This document shows positions 1 through 11,331 of a stretch of 64,000 nucleotides of DNA, one piece after another. This DNA comes from Octopus sinensis (taxonomy: Eukaryota), in assembly GCF_006345805.1 (NCBI RefSeq), contig NC_043001.1:103974001-104038000 (forward strand), in the 5' to 3' direction. The notes under the pieces are model-generated. The model searched no databases. It worked only from the letters and a program-made list of their open reading frames with translations, and had not been told where the DNA came from. The first letter of the stretch is position 1, and the number at the start of each line of letters is the position of its first letter. Position numbers and translations under genes: made by a program.

Positions 1-24
1 TTGCCATCTGTACTTCGTCAGTGG
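1..24 (-). ncRNA. Possible 5' half of a hammerhead ribozyme cut by the window edge
   Basis: Minus strand CCCA-CUGACGA-A-GUAC..., with the same stem II start (GUAC) as the 388-480 motif. The GAAA half would lie outside the window. Confidence 0.3.
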
Positions 25-325
25 GATCGCTAAGACAATGCATAATTAAGCAACTAATTAATTTATTTGTTCATTAATACAGAAACTCGAGTTTGGTGTT
101 AACTATAAATAATTTTTGTTTACATTCTCTTTGGAATGACTTATTTTCGTGGTTTGGGTTTGGCTGCCCTTTCTAGCATGTAAGCGTTCTGTCATGAGTC
201 ACCTCTCTGTGTATGAATATTTATAGACTCTTATATGTGAAAATATGTTGCCTATTGACATTTATTACGCATGAACACCACCGGTATGAAATTCAATCTA
301 ATTTCTACCCTTGTAATTTTCACCG

Positions 326-360
<35 letters not shown>

Positions 361-387
361 CAAAATAAGCAACAAGAATGACTCCGG

Positions 388-480
388 TAATCTGGTACGA
401 TCGTTTCGTACTACATCATTTTATTAAATGCTGTAAGTATTACAACAGATTTAAAATGCCGAGTACTCATCAGCCAATTA
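388..480 (-). ncRNA. Type I hammerhead ribozyme with extended stem II, in a Penelope-like repeat end
   Basis: Minus strand reads UUGG-CUGAUGA-GUACU...(CAUUUUA/UAAAAUG, CUGU/ACAG)...AGUAC-GAAA-CGAUCG-UA-CCAG. The core is intact, stem III is palindromic (ACGAUCGU) and the cleavage triplet is GUA. Confidence 0.85.
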
Positions 481-528
481 TAGAGGTTTTCTATTTATAC
501 AAACATTTTCATATCAAGTGGCAACATT

Positions 529-835
529 GAAACGTGGAGTAGATGAAACAAAGGCGACTGAAGAAGGGAAATTTCCTTGTTTTGTATGTCCTGTACTCTA
601 TTTTATCGTTGTTTAAGAAAAATGTCCATTTCCTTGGTTTTGTGTTTAAGTTTTCGTTTCTCATTGTGTTCGACGTTTTTTTTTTTGGTTTTCCTGTACC
701 CATATATGCATGTATATATACATGTAGAGGTAGGTACGTACATATACGTATGTATATATGCATATGTTTTATTTATTAATTAATTTATTATATGACGGAA
801 CGCACGCATCCATTTCTAAGTAAGATTGTTCTTAA
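529..835 (+). mobile_element. 5'-truncated copy of repeat family A (carrier of the permuted HHR), ending at (TA)n
   Basis: Closely matches the reverse complement of 48315-48621. It starts at GAAACGUGG and contains CUGAAGA at 558-564. Confidence 0.8.
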
Positions 836-987
836 TATATATATATATTATATATATATATTATATATATATGTACAATTTAAAAATAGGATAAAATCTT
901 TATAAGAATTTATCAAGTAGTTAGCGTGAAAAACCTCATAAGAGAAACATCCATCAATTTTTCTCTTAAATATATTTATTTATATTG

Positions 988-1126
988 AGGGCGTTACTAT
1001 ATATAAATGCCACATGCTAGGAGGGACTCTTAAAGTCAAAACTACCAAAATAAATAAACATTATTTTGGTAGTTTTGACTTTAAGAGTACCTCCTAGTGT
1101 GTGGCATATAAGTATAGTAATGCCCT
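988..1126. repeat. Inverted repeat, about 66-bp arms with a 7-nt loop
   Basis: agggcgttactat...aaagtcaaaactaccaaaataa (988-1053) is the reverse complement of ttattttggtagttttgacttt...atagtaatgccct (1061-1126). Confidence 0.85.
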
Positions 1127-1859
1127 ATATATAAATTAAGATTCAGTTGAATTAGGCACTTAAATTAAGGCCCCTTGCTGTGTCGGTATAATCCGCACAC
1201 CCAAACAATATTAATTTAATATTGAATATCAAGACTCCGTGCAGGGGTGTTTGTACCTGATATGTCTAAGAATTCTTTTCAATATACCAATATAATTTAT
1301 ATTATAATTCATAAAATAATTCTTATTTTATTTTGATTTATCCTTATTTATATCACTGTTATACCTTTTATATCATTCTGTGAAAAATAGTTTATAAAAT
1401 TTTAATATTTTATCTTATTAAATTTTCATGTAATTATATGTCTTTTCATAAAACATTATTATTATTCTAACGGTGAAGAAATACAATGTCAGAGATACAT
1501 ACATTTAAATGTAAAGTTACATATACATATGTACAAGTACACACAATCATATAAACGGGTATATACACACATATATACGTATATTCTTATAGTATACATG
1601 TATATACGCTTATCCATCTATACATATATGTCACTATTTTCAGAGACAATATTTAAATTCAAATACTTTTTTTTGTATTTTACTAGACATATATATATAC
1701 ACATATATCCACACGTACCCATACGTGCGTGCATATACACACTCATACACACACACTTAACTACACATGCATGTCAACATCTATGTATGGATTTCTACAT
1801 GTAAATGTATATGTAAATGTATGTATGTATGTATGTGCGTGTGTGTGTGTGTGTGTGTG

Positions 1860-2066
1860 TACAGGAGGGGGTACTGAAAAAAAAGACAATACTGGAGGAT
1901 CGGTTAATAATGATTTTATTCAACATATTCCACTCTCAGACTTACACACTCATTGCAGTGGTCCTTCAGTTTTTCTAAGCCCTATGAAAGAAGTCGGAAA
2001 GTTGGGCCTCCAAACAGGCCTTTCGCAATACCTTTAAAGCCAGGAACTTTTCACCACCCCTTCGTG
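1860..2066. mobile_element. Mariner-derived MITE
   Basis: Degenerate TIRs tacaggagggggtactgaaaa and aacttttcaccaccccttcgtg resemble mariner-type ends. It lies in a (TG)n tract. Confidence 0.55.
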
Positions 2067-2752
2067 TATGTGTGTGTGTGGTACAGAAGAATTTGTTGGA
2101 CCTAATAGCATGTAGATTAAAATGCATTAAAGAGACGCTTCCGTCTCACACATCCATTGCTACTCGTCAAAAGAAAACCAATTTTATCAAACAGGATAAA
2201 GAAGGCGTTAAAAAGTGTGCTAGACGCCATAACACTTGTAGGCAGCTTTCCAAAAATATGTCCCAATTTCTTTCTCTAATTATTATATTAGGTCAGCATA
2301 AACTAATTAGACTAATCAACCAATACTGATTCAATGAGTGAAGTATCATACACTCAATCATTTCTTATAATTTAACTAATTAGTTTCCTTGGGTAATTAG
2401 TTTCTGAACAATTAGTTTTGTCTGGATACTCTTGGCTTTAAAAGAGAAGCAACTGTACGATTAAGTGCACTTTTCAAAAACAATATTAATCTAATCCAGC
2501 AATGAAACCATACAAACAAATCGTGTTTTTGTGGTCTATCCTTTGTCAAGAGTTGGGCCACAGAGTTTTCCTCAGCTTCTCAACCACATGGTTCCTGGTT
2601 CAGTCCGACTACATGGCACCTTGGGCAAGTGTTTGCATATATGCATGCATGTATGCATGTATGTATGTATGCATGTATGTATGTATGTATGTATGTATGA
2701 TGTATGTATGTATGTATGTATGTATGTATGTTGTATGTATGTATGTATGTAT

Positions 2753-3090
2753 GTGGCTGTGTGATAAGAAGCTTACTTCCCAACCACATGGTTCCGAGTT
2801 CAGTTCAACTGCGTGGAACCTTCGGCAAGTGTTTTCTACTATAGCCTTGAGCCGACCAAAGCCTTGTAAGGGGGTTTGGTAGACGGAAACTGAAAGAAGC
2901 CCGTCGTATTAAAGCCCTGAGTATGTCTTAGTATCTGTATTTGTCCCCCACCGCTGCTTGACAACCGGTGTTGGCGTGTTTACGTTACGTCCCCGTAACT
3001 CAGCTGTTTAGCAAAAGAGAATGATAGAATTGGCATCAGGCCTTTAAGCCCCAGTATAGTCACACTCTAATCACTGAAACAAGTAAAAGA
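2753..3090 (+). mobile_element. CORE-type SINE (family S2, OR-like)
   Basis: tRNA-like head (gtggctgtgtgataagaagct...ggttccgagttcagt), a CORE-like motif (accttcggcaagt) and the tail ...actgaaacaagtaaaaga. There are many copies in the window. Confidence 0.8.
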
Positions 3091-3260
3091 AACAAAAACA
3101 ATAAAAAGCACGCAGCTTAGAAGGAAATACATATTCATAAACGCCAAATCGAATCACACAGTTTTCTATTTTAAACGCATGATTGCAATTAACGCGTAAT
3201 TAATCATACAGAATCAAGAAAAAGATGAGCTCTTCGCTGCACATAATACACCCAGATTTC

Positions 3261-3311
<51 letters not shown>

Positions 3312-3410
3312 TAATAATAATAATAATAATGGTGATGATGATGATGATGATGATGAGGAGGAGGAGGAGGAGGAAGAGGAGGAGGAGGAGGATGACGACG
3401 ACAACAACAA
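3261..3410. repeat. Compound trinucleotide microsatellite (AAT/GAT/GAG/GAC)n
   Basis: Seen directly. Confidence 0.95.
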
Positions 3411-3593
3411 CATCGGCAAAATACCTGAGGAATGAGAACCCAGGTTCAAAATTTCCCCAAGACACCTGATGAAGGCTGGAGGGTAAATCAGCCGAAACGT
3501 TGTGTTAACAATAAACAAGATGAAGACAGATATCTGTCAAATGTAAATAATGTAAATAATGTACATAATTCCTAATCTCTTAAATATAGAACT
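3411..3593 (+). mobile_element. Short Penelope-like repeat (family C) carrying a minimal HHR
   Basis: Recurs at 4703-4800 and twice at 22692-22975. It contains an HHR core. Confidence 0.75.
3461..3506 (+). ncRNA. Minimal type I hammerhead ribozyme
   Basis: GACAC-CUGAUGA-A-GGCUG(gaggguaaau)CAGCC-GAA-ACGU-U-GUGUU. Stem III is the palindrome ACGU, typical of dimer-acting minimal PLE HHRs. Confidence 0.75.
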
Positions 3594-4617
3594 TCAATTC
3601 CTCTTTTGACTTTGAAGATTTAAATGTCTTCGCAGCTTTTAAATCTGAAATGTTTGCTTGTCTAAAGTTTTTGATAGCTGCTTATCATATTTCTTTAATT
3701 TCATTTAATAATCCAATCATTCATAATTCCAAGCTCTATGGAACGCATTTATCTTAGAGAGATCTTTAAAAGCCACGTAAAAGCAAAAACAGACTTCCAT
3801 AATTTACTCGCCCTCTATTATGATAAAATGTGATCCATTAAATCTAGAGACATATCATGATAGTGTGGAATAAGGTTGTCATTCGAGAAAATAAATCTGT
3901 ACAAAATCAGTGTGCGTCTGAAGTTGCGTTTCATTCTACCAATCAAAATAATGAGAGAGTACTGTGAATGTGGCCTAAAGTATTCTGGAAATATGATGAT
4001 CGGTGGTCAGTAAACGACAACTTCAGGACATAACTGTGGTTGACACTCAGCTGCCCAATTCCTAACATTCCCGCTTGAGTCAGATTGGCTGGTTTTATTT
4101 ATAAATAATTAATACGTAAAATTGTTTAGATATGACATTTCGTGTACTTAGTATTGTTTCTATCGTTCTACATTCGTCTGAATTATAAATGGACACGGAA
4201 GAAGTAAAGTTTGACAGCTTACAAATAAATTACATAGACTGGCGTCATTCAATGCTTTCTTTGCAAACATTTCTCTAGAATAAGCTACGTTCTACGGTGC
4301 CAGTAAGCAATGGCCGAGTCAATACTTGAAGATTCATAAATGAAAAACGCTGTAAGCACTCTCCCTTCTTTCCTCGTCTCAAGAATAATGTTAAATACCT
4401 CACAATATTTTCCCTAATCCCTACGTCTAACTGCTCTGCGATTAATTCTGATACCAAAGCACTGTCAGTAATGAAATCCACCGTTATTTCTTCTGTGGTT
4501 TTCTTCAGATGGATCACCGAGATATTCCACAGACCAAAATTAGAACGCTCTCTCTCTCTCTCTCTCTCTCGGAGGTTATGTTCAAAACTTCATTTTGTTT
4601 TCACCCTCAACATACAC

Positions 4618-4678
4618 GCCCGAACTCGGGATCTTGGGATTAGTAGCCCGCGCTCTCAACCACTAAGCCATATGCCCG
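4618..4678 (-). mobile_element. tRNA-derived SINE head fragment
   Basis: Minus strand gggcatatggcttagtggttgagagcgcgggc...cccgagttcg has A-box and B-box-like motifs. Confidence 0.55.
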
Positions 4679-4702
4679 TGGCGTAGTGATTAATAATAAT
4701 AC

Positions 4703-4800
4703 CATCGGGAAAATACCTTAGGAATGAGAACCAAGGTTTGAAATTCCCCCTGATGAAGGCTGGAGAGTATATCAGCCGAAACGTTGTGGTAACAACAAAC
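4703..4800 (+). mobile_element. Family C copy with an HHR core; 5' strand of stem I deleted
   Basis: ctgatgaaggctggagagtatatcagccgaaacgttgtg at 4750-4788. It lacks the aagacac segment present in the 3411 copy. Confidence 0.7.
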
Positions 4801-5469
4801 AACACTACTAGCTCGACATACACTCCTTGTTTGTGTGTGTATGTGTGTGTGGGGGGGGGGGCAGGGGGTTATCTCGGACAACTTTGTTGTAAGCACTAGA
4901 AACCAGTAGAGAACGCTTGCTGATTGCGCATTACATTCTTTTTACCAGCGATGACAGCCGCAATATATTTTCTGTTGATTTTCTTTGTTTTTGTTTTTTT
5001 TTTTTATAGCTAAGCAAGTTTTTCTTGTCTTTTATTTCATTTACCGACTCTCTTATACATCACCGTTGCAGGCTAATTATCAACAGAGCTAAATTATTCA
5101 GCTCTATCCGTAGATTGGCAAGAATTACAACGTTTGTTTCCACATTCCTGAAACTGTGTTGGTGTGCAACGAAGTATTCGTTATGCCTGAAAGAGTATTC
5201 AGTTGGACGGAGCTGGTTGGACAATGCTACAAATATCATCGGTCCATAAGATATCATTATAGAGGATTCCAGAATGTGCATTGACTGGTATAATTGTTGT
5301 CCAGAGCTAATAATAATCATTACTAAAGGTGGGATGTCATTCAAGATCGAAGTAACTGATAGTTTTCCTTACAGAACTGTCAGAAATCGTCACGTAATTA
5401 CTGCTTCCATGTTAAGTATAATTTACTTGTAATTAGTAATTATTCTTAATACGTTTAATATAGTAACGC

Positions 5470-5650
5470 GGCGCGCTGATAGAATTGTTAGCACGCCGGA
5501 CAAAATGCTTAGCTGCATTTCGTCCGTGTTCACGTTCTGACTTCGAATTCCACTTAAGTCGACTTTACCTTTTATTCTTTCAGTGGTCGGTAAAACATAT
5601 ACCTGTTATACACTTGGGTCGATATAATCACTTTATCCCAACCCCCGGAC
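5470..5650 (+). mobile_element. SINE family S1, degenerate copy
   Basis: agaattgttagcacgccggacaaaatgcttagc...gtcgactttacc matches the S1 copies elsewhere. Confidence 0.65.
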
Positions 5651-5904
5651 TTGTCAATATTTCTTATATAGCAGTGTGTGTCTCTCCTTTTTTATCCATG
5701 TTTTATTCAAAAGAATTATTAGGGTCTTGTTTAAATAGGTCAATTAATAGGGTTTCTATTCGGGATAGAAGTTCATAATTGAAAAATGTACGAAAAGCTA
5801 CACGTAGAGTAACTGCAAAGATCTTTTATTCAAACAAGTTAGAAACCATCGAGTCATTTCCTCAAAAACGGCTGACGCGCATGCGCTTACTTCTTCCACA
5901 CTCT

Positions 5905-6250
5905 CACACTCTCCCTCTCTCTTCTTCTCTTTCTCTCCCGCTCTTTCCCTCTCGTCCCCCTCTCTCTTCCTCTCTTTATCTTCCGCTCTTTCCCTCTCGT
6001 CCCCCTCTCTCTTCCTCTCTCGTCCCCCTCTCTCTTCCTCTCTGTCTCTTCCGCTCTTTCTCTCCCGTCCCCCTCTCTCTTCCTCTCTGTCTCTTCCGCT
6101 CTTTCTCTCTCGTCCTCTTCTCTCTTCCTCTCTTTCTCTCTAGTCCCCCTCTCTCTTCCTCTCTTTCTCTTCCGCTCTTTCTCCGTCTTCCCCTCTCTCT
6201 TCCTCTCTTTCTCTCCCGTTCTTTCTCTCTCTTCCCCCCTCTATCTCACT
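5905..6250. repeat. CT-rich degenerate minisatellite
   Basis: Repeated units such as ctcttccgctctttctctcccgtccccctctctcttcctct. Confidence 0.9.
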
Positions 6251-6264
6251 CTCGGCTTGCTTAA

Positions 6265-6590
6265 ATTGGCTCTCCGTCGGTTTCGACGACGAGTGTTCCA
6301 GTCGATCTGATCAACGGAACAGACTGCTCGTGAAATTAACGTGCATCTGGCTGAGCACTCCACAGACACGCGTATCCTTAGTGTAGTCTTCAGGAAGATT
6401 CAGCGTGACACAGAAGGTGACAAGACTGGCTCCCTTTAAATTACAGGTACGATTTGTTTTTGTCAGCCGTGTGGACTGGTGCAAAGCGAAATGAAGTGTC
6501 TTGCTCAAGGATTGAATGCGTCTGCAGGAATCGAATTCACGACCTTACGATCGTGTACCGCTTACCCTAACCCTTAAACCACGCGCGTTC
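6265..6590 (-). mobile_element. tRNA-derived SINE family S3
   Basis: Shares the aagtgtcttgctcaagg core and the ctccgtcggtt..gacgacgag tail with 22518, 36003 and 41485. Confidence 0.75.
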
Positions 6591-8229
6591 ATCAGCTTCT
6601 GCTACGATCAGCTGAGTACCACCAACAACTCAGTCCATCCCGGTACACTTGTCACTACCCTTTTCTTTATCACCGTATTCTATGCCTTCCGAAAAATATC
6701 CACTAAGATCTCATTTTGCCAGCAAAGGAACGAGTTCAAATCTTCTGGGCGCTGCTCCTCTGCCTAAATATGTCAGTTTAAGATATTCTGTTTATGTACG
6801 AGGCATGTTTGTTGTTCCCTTATAACAGTTAAATAAAGTTATCAATACCAGAGTGTGCACCATTTAGTTGGATGTCTGTAAGAGCTACAGTTCTGCAGAA
6901 GTATGTTTATAGTTCTTTCTGTTCGAGAGGTACGACACGGCTTTGATTAAACATTTTGCAGAATCACAAACGTCCATTAAGATAGACGAATTCTACTTAA
7001 ATATGATAGAATTTCTATTATCAAATAATCACGAGAAAGGCTACAAAGTGAAAATCCACTGTGACATGCGAATACCTCATCGATTTTACTCTACTTGATA
7101 CAGGTATTTCACAACGAATTATTGCAAAGCTTTTTGCGTAACATTGATAAAAATATTATAGACATCGGAGTCTGTGAAAAAAAAATAATTGAATCACGAC
7201 ATTTATTGAATTATGACTTTACGAGGCTTTTTATTATTTAGAATGTCGTAACGGTTGCGTGATAAAGAATGTTGGATTCAATAGTTAATGAAATATATAA
7301 ATTTTATTTTAGAGCTTTGTTTTAATAAAAGTGTTTTAGCTGAGTTTTTTCAGTTCGATATAGATTATATCAGCAGGTATGAAATAATATAGCCAGAGAT
7401 AGGAAAAATATACACACTACACAGAACTAAACGTAGACTGGACTAAAGAAAATTGTTACTATAACTTGAATATTACTAAATAATATAAGGCTTGCAGGAA
7501 AGAATATGAAGCAATACAAAACCTGAAGCTTATGGTTAACAATCAGCCTTGATCATGCAATCATCTTAAGTTTTACTTTCAAGTATTCCATTTTGCTATG
7601 AGGCTTTTCTTAATCTCGATCAGAAACACTAGAACCCTTTTCTGTACAAGACAAGTAACTTAATTATTTAGTCACGATTCACTCTCTGCCTTGTATTTTA
7701 ACACGAAACTTAATCTTCGAATCAAAGAGCTTGAACGTCATCGCTCGATTTACTAGGAATAGCAACAACATCTCTCTCAATTCACATCTATACAGCCTCA
7801 AAAAAGGTAAGACAACTTTAGATATTCTGATTCTAGAGACTCTGAAACGTTGGAGACAGTCATGTCTGGAGTGGCGTTGATAACATGTATACTCGGTAAA
7901 CTAAAACAAGAAGCCAAATTATCCTCAAAAGACACACATATCTTCATAGAAAGGAAGGTCACCTTTGGTAATATTGATGTTCGTCCAACGGGTATTTATG
8001 CGAGATTCGAGCAAACTAGATGTAATATTATTGACTTTTTTGTTTACATAATGTCGTGCTGTTTAAGTGGTCGAATGCCAACTCTTCGTGTTTATTCTTA
8101 TCTATAACGCAGAACTGTCTCCACTTGTCTGGACTTAGGTATATAAGATTTTGTAGAGTGAGCTAAAGGAAAATAATAAAATGGACAGCAGCTACACAAA
8201 GCCAAATGTATGTGTTTAATTTGTTCATT

Positions 8230-9130
8230 TATACCCTAAACATCTGTGAAGAGAAGAGATTCTCGTGCAAGATTAAGCGCAACTTCATCGCAAGAAATAG
8301 CGTCCTCCCTACCTTGTATCACTTCATTAATCAACTAAAAATTTGTTGGTTTCCAGTATTAACGGACCTTTCTACAGAATCTCTTGGCTTCTAACTAATT
8401 TTCTCAAGGCCATTACTTAACACATTCGTAGGACATGTTGAAAGCTCCACCGAAGTGAGCCACAAACTGCGAGATCTCGGCCCATCCATACTAAGTAATA
8501 ATAACTACAGTTTGTGCTTGGATGTAGTTACCCTGTCCAACTCGGTCACAGCAACCCCGACTATCAACTTTTACTAACTGAACACATTGCATCCTCTCAC
8601 AGCCTTCACTGCTTTAAGCTTGCAGCTCCAAATAGTCATCAGCTATTAACTTCTAGTTTGAAGGATCCATTTACAAACAACTCTCTCGATTGTTGATGGG
8701 GTCAAGCTAATTGAGAGGGATGAATTATAATATAGAAGCAGGCCCTTGCATGCCATTTATTCTCAAAATTAGTGGAAATATGGATCCGCTCGTCGCGAGT
8801 TCGAGTCTAAGTCTGAGCTTAACATCAAGCAAAGGGAAGGAACCAGGGTTTGCTGTTACGTACGTGGACTGGTTACAGCGCAGGGCACTCAGCACCTGTC
8901 ACACCTGTAATTTTTTATGCTAGCTATATGGATGACACCCTCATGTTAGCAACATCCTGCCAGGAAGCTGATAATATATACAATATATTCAACAATAGCG
9001 ATGAAAATATAAAATTCCAAGTGCAGCACGCTGATAACCCTGGTTCCTTCCCTTTGCTTGATGTTAAGCTCAGACTCAGACTCGAACTCGCGACGAACGG
9101 ATCCATATTTCCACTAATTTTGAGAACAAA
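8230..9130 (+). pseudogene. Decayed Penelope-like reverse transcriptase fragment
   Basis: Motifs occur in PLE order across frameshifts: PTLYHFI, SINGPFYRISWLL, LDVVTL, FYASYMDDTLML...FNNSDENIKFQVQ...SFPLLDVKL (RYVDD and LPFLDV equivalents). Confidence 0.75.
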
Positions 9131-10049
9131 TGGCATGCAAGGGCCTGCTTCTATATTATAATTCATCCCTGCCAATTAGAGCTAAGATGGCCTAAAGAGA
9201 CAAGAAGCAAAAACCCGACACCATATAATTCGTCAATAGTACTGCATATATGAGGGGATTACCGTTTATATTTCTGCGTGATACTACTCCCTAAGGGTCT
9301 ATCGTAAGCGACTGTATCCATTCTGAAGACGTCAGCAATCATCTCTGATGTTGAACGGGCAAATGAAGAAAAAAACCCACATGCTCTAATTAGTTACATC
9401 AGAGCTTTTTCAAAGGCTTCTGGCCTGGCCTTTCCCCAGTAGTCTTTCGTTTAAGTCTTTCGTTCAAGTGTGCAACATAAGAATCTTCCTCTTCCTCTTC
9501 CCTCTTCAGTCCAATAAATTATTTCATTCTTTGTGAGTTTGGTTTAACGTAATCATTAGGTTTTCGTTTACTATTTGAAGAGCTTTGAATTTCATTTCTT
9601 TGATTTATAGAGAGATTCACTTTTCTTCCATTCCCAATTTTCCTTTTCGGAGACGTTCCCGACAGTTTGTAATTTATGTCCAGCCTCGATTTGCTCCTTA
9701 TCGCCGCAAAACAAAAGCGCATGCTTCAGCTTCCTGGTCGCTGGAGATACGGGTGAGATGAGACATTTTGGTCATCCTGGGAGCTGCGGCCGGTGGTGTT
9801 ATAATCCCTTTATAAATAATCATGCTCCTCATCGAAATGGATTGACAATTAAACTCATGACGTCATGTGACGTAACATGACATAACACACACTATAACTA
9901 CACTATAAACTGATAAAGCAACGGTTTGGAAATTGTATGAAACTTACAGAAACACATTCTGTCGCCGATAACTGTGGAGACCATAATTCGGAGGTAATTC
10001 AATTACAAATGAACCCTTTAGGAATTAAAAAGGAAAAAAGACGAAAATA

Positions 10050-11242
10050 ATAAAAATTAAACTTTCTAAAAGAGACACAATACAAACAGGAATATAATGT
10101 GGAAATATAAATCAAGTTAGGATATTTACACAACGAGGCAGAAGACCCGTCATACAACAAAGGAGAAATAAAAGAAAAATGGAAGAGAATTAAATTCTTG
10201 CACGCAGACATTACTAAAGAAAACACTGCCTGAAAGGAATACAGAGAAGAAGGAGAAATGGATGGTTGATGAAATTCTATCGAAAATGCAAAAAAGAAAT
10301 ACTTGAATGGCTAGATATTGCGCCCTAAGTAAAAAGATATGTTTTAGATGTAGAAAAGCCGAACCGGACAGCAAAATAATCAATGCCGTGAAATTGAAAA
10401 ACTTAATAACCAGAAGAAATCCAAAGAAATGTTTGATAAAATAAAGATCACAGACAGCAAATAAATGAATAAGCAAAGGTTGGTTGGGGCATTAATGTAA
10501 CATTAAAGACTGAATGGAAACGTACTGGTTGATCAGGAATAGATTGCATTTAGATAACTCTGAATAAATAAAGGATCTATAAGATGGTGAGAACAGAGCA
10601 ACTATGCCTAATTTCGAAACTGCTAATGGAAACACAATGTTAAAAAAATATATATATAAGGTAATAAAATTAATCAAAAATTTAAAGGAAACTGAAGCGG
10701 ATGCAATACCAGTAAACGCATTAAAATCATTTAGATAAGGACAATCTGGTTGAAATATGAGAGTCGCGTAATTTGATGAATAAATATATATACGAATGGA
10801 TGAGTAACAATCTGTCTTTGATCAATTACAAAAGAAAGACAAAAATCTCAATTCTACCCAGAATTTAGAAAGTAAAAACTAAAAACTGTCCAATACAAAA
10901 TTACATCTAGAATAAACAAAGAAATGTGTTGAGTGCAAAGTGGTTTTGGAGCGGCAAATCGTGAAGGAATGTTTAAGAATTATATACATGACTATTAATC
11001 AAGAGTTGTTAGCGTTTTGGATTGAAAGATTTCTGGTTTTCATTTTGGTTCCTTGCAGCCTGAGTTCAAATCCGGCCGAAGTCAAATTTATATTTCGTTC
11101 CTTCGGGGTCAATAAATCAGTATCGCTATTAGACCTGGATCAGTTCTTCTCCCTCTCTTTTTGCTCTATCTATCTATGTATCTATCTGTCTATCTATCTA
11201 TCTATTTATCTATCTATCTATCTGTGTCTATCTATATATCCT

Positions 11243-11331
<89 letters not shown>

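Noticed and set aside
9320-9360. CUGAAGAC-GUCAG...CUGAU hairpin near the PLE fragment
   Set aside because: It lacks GAAA and UH, so it is too degenerate to call.
9857-9890. Clustered TGACGT/CACGTG-like motifs (also near 20560)
   Set aside because: Short motifs without promoter context, so they cannot be distinguished from chance or simple repetition.
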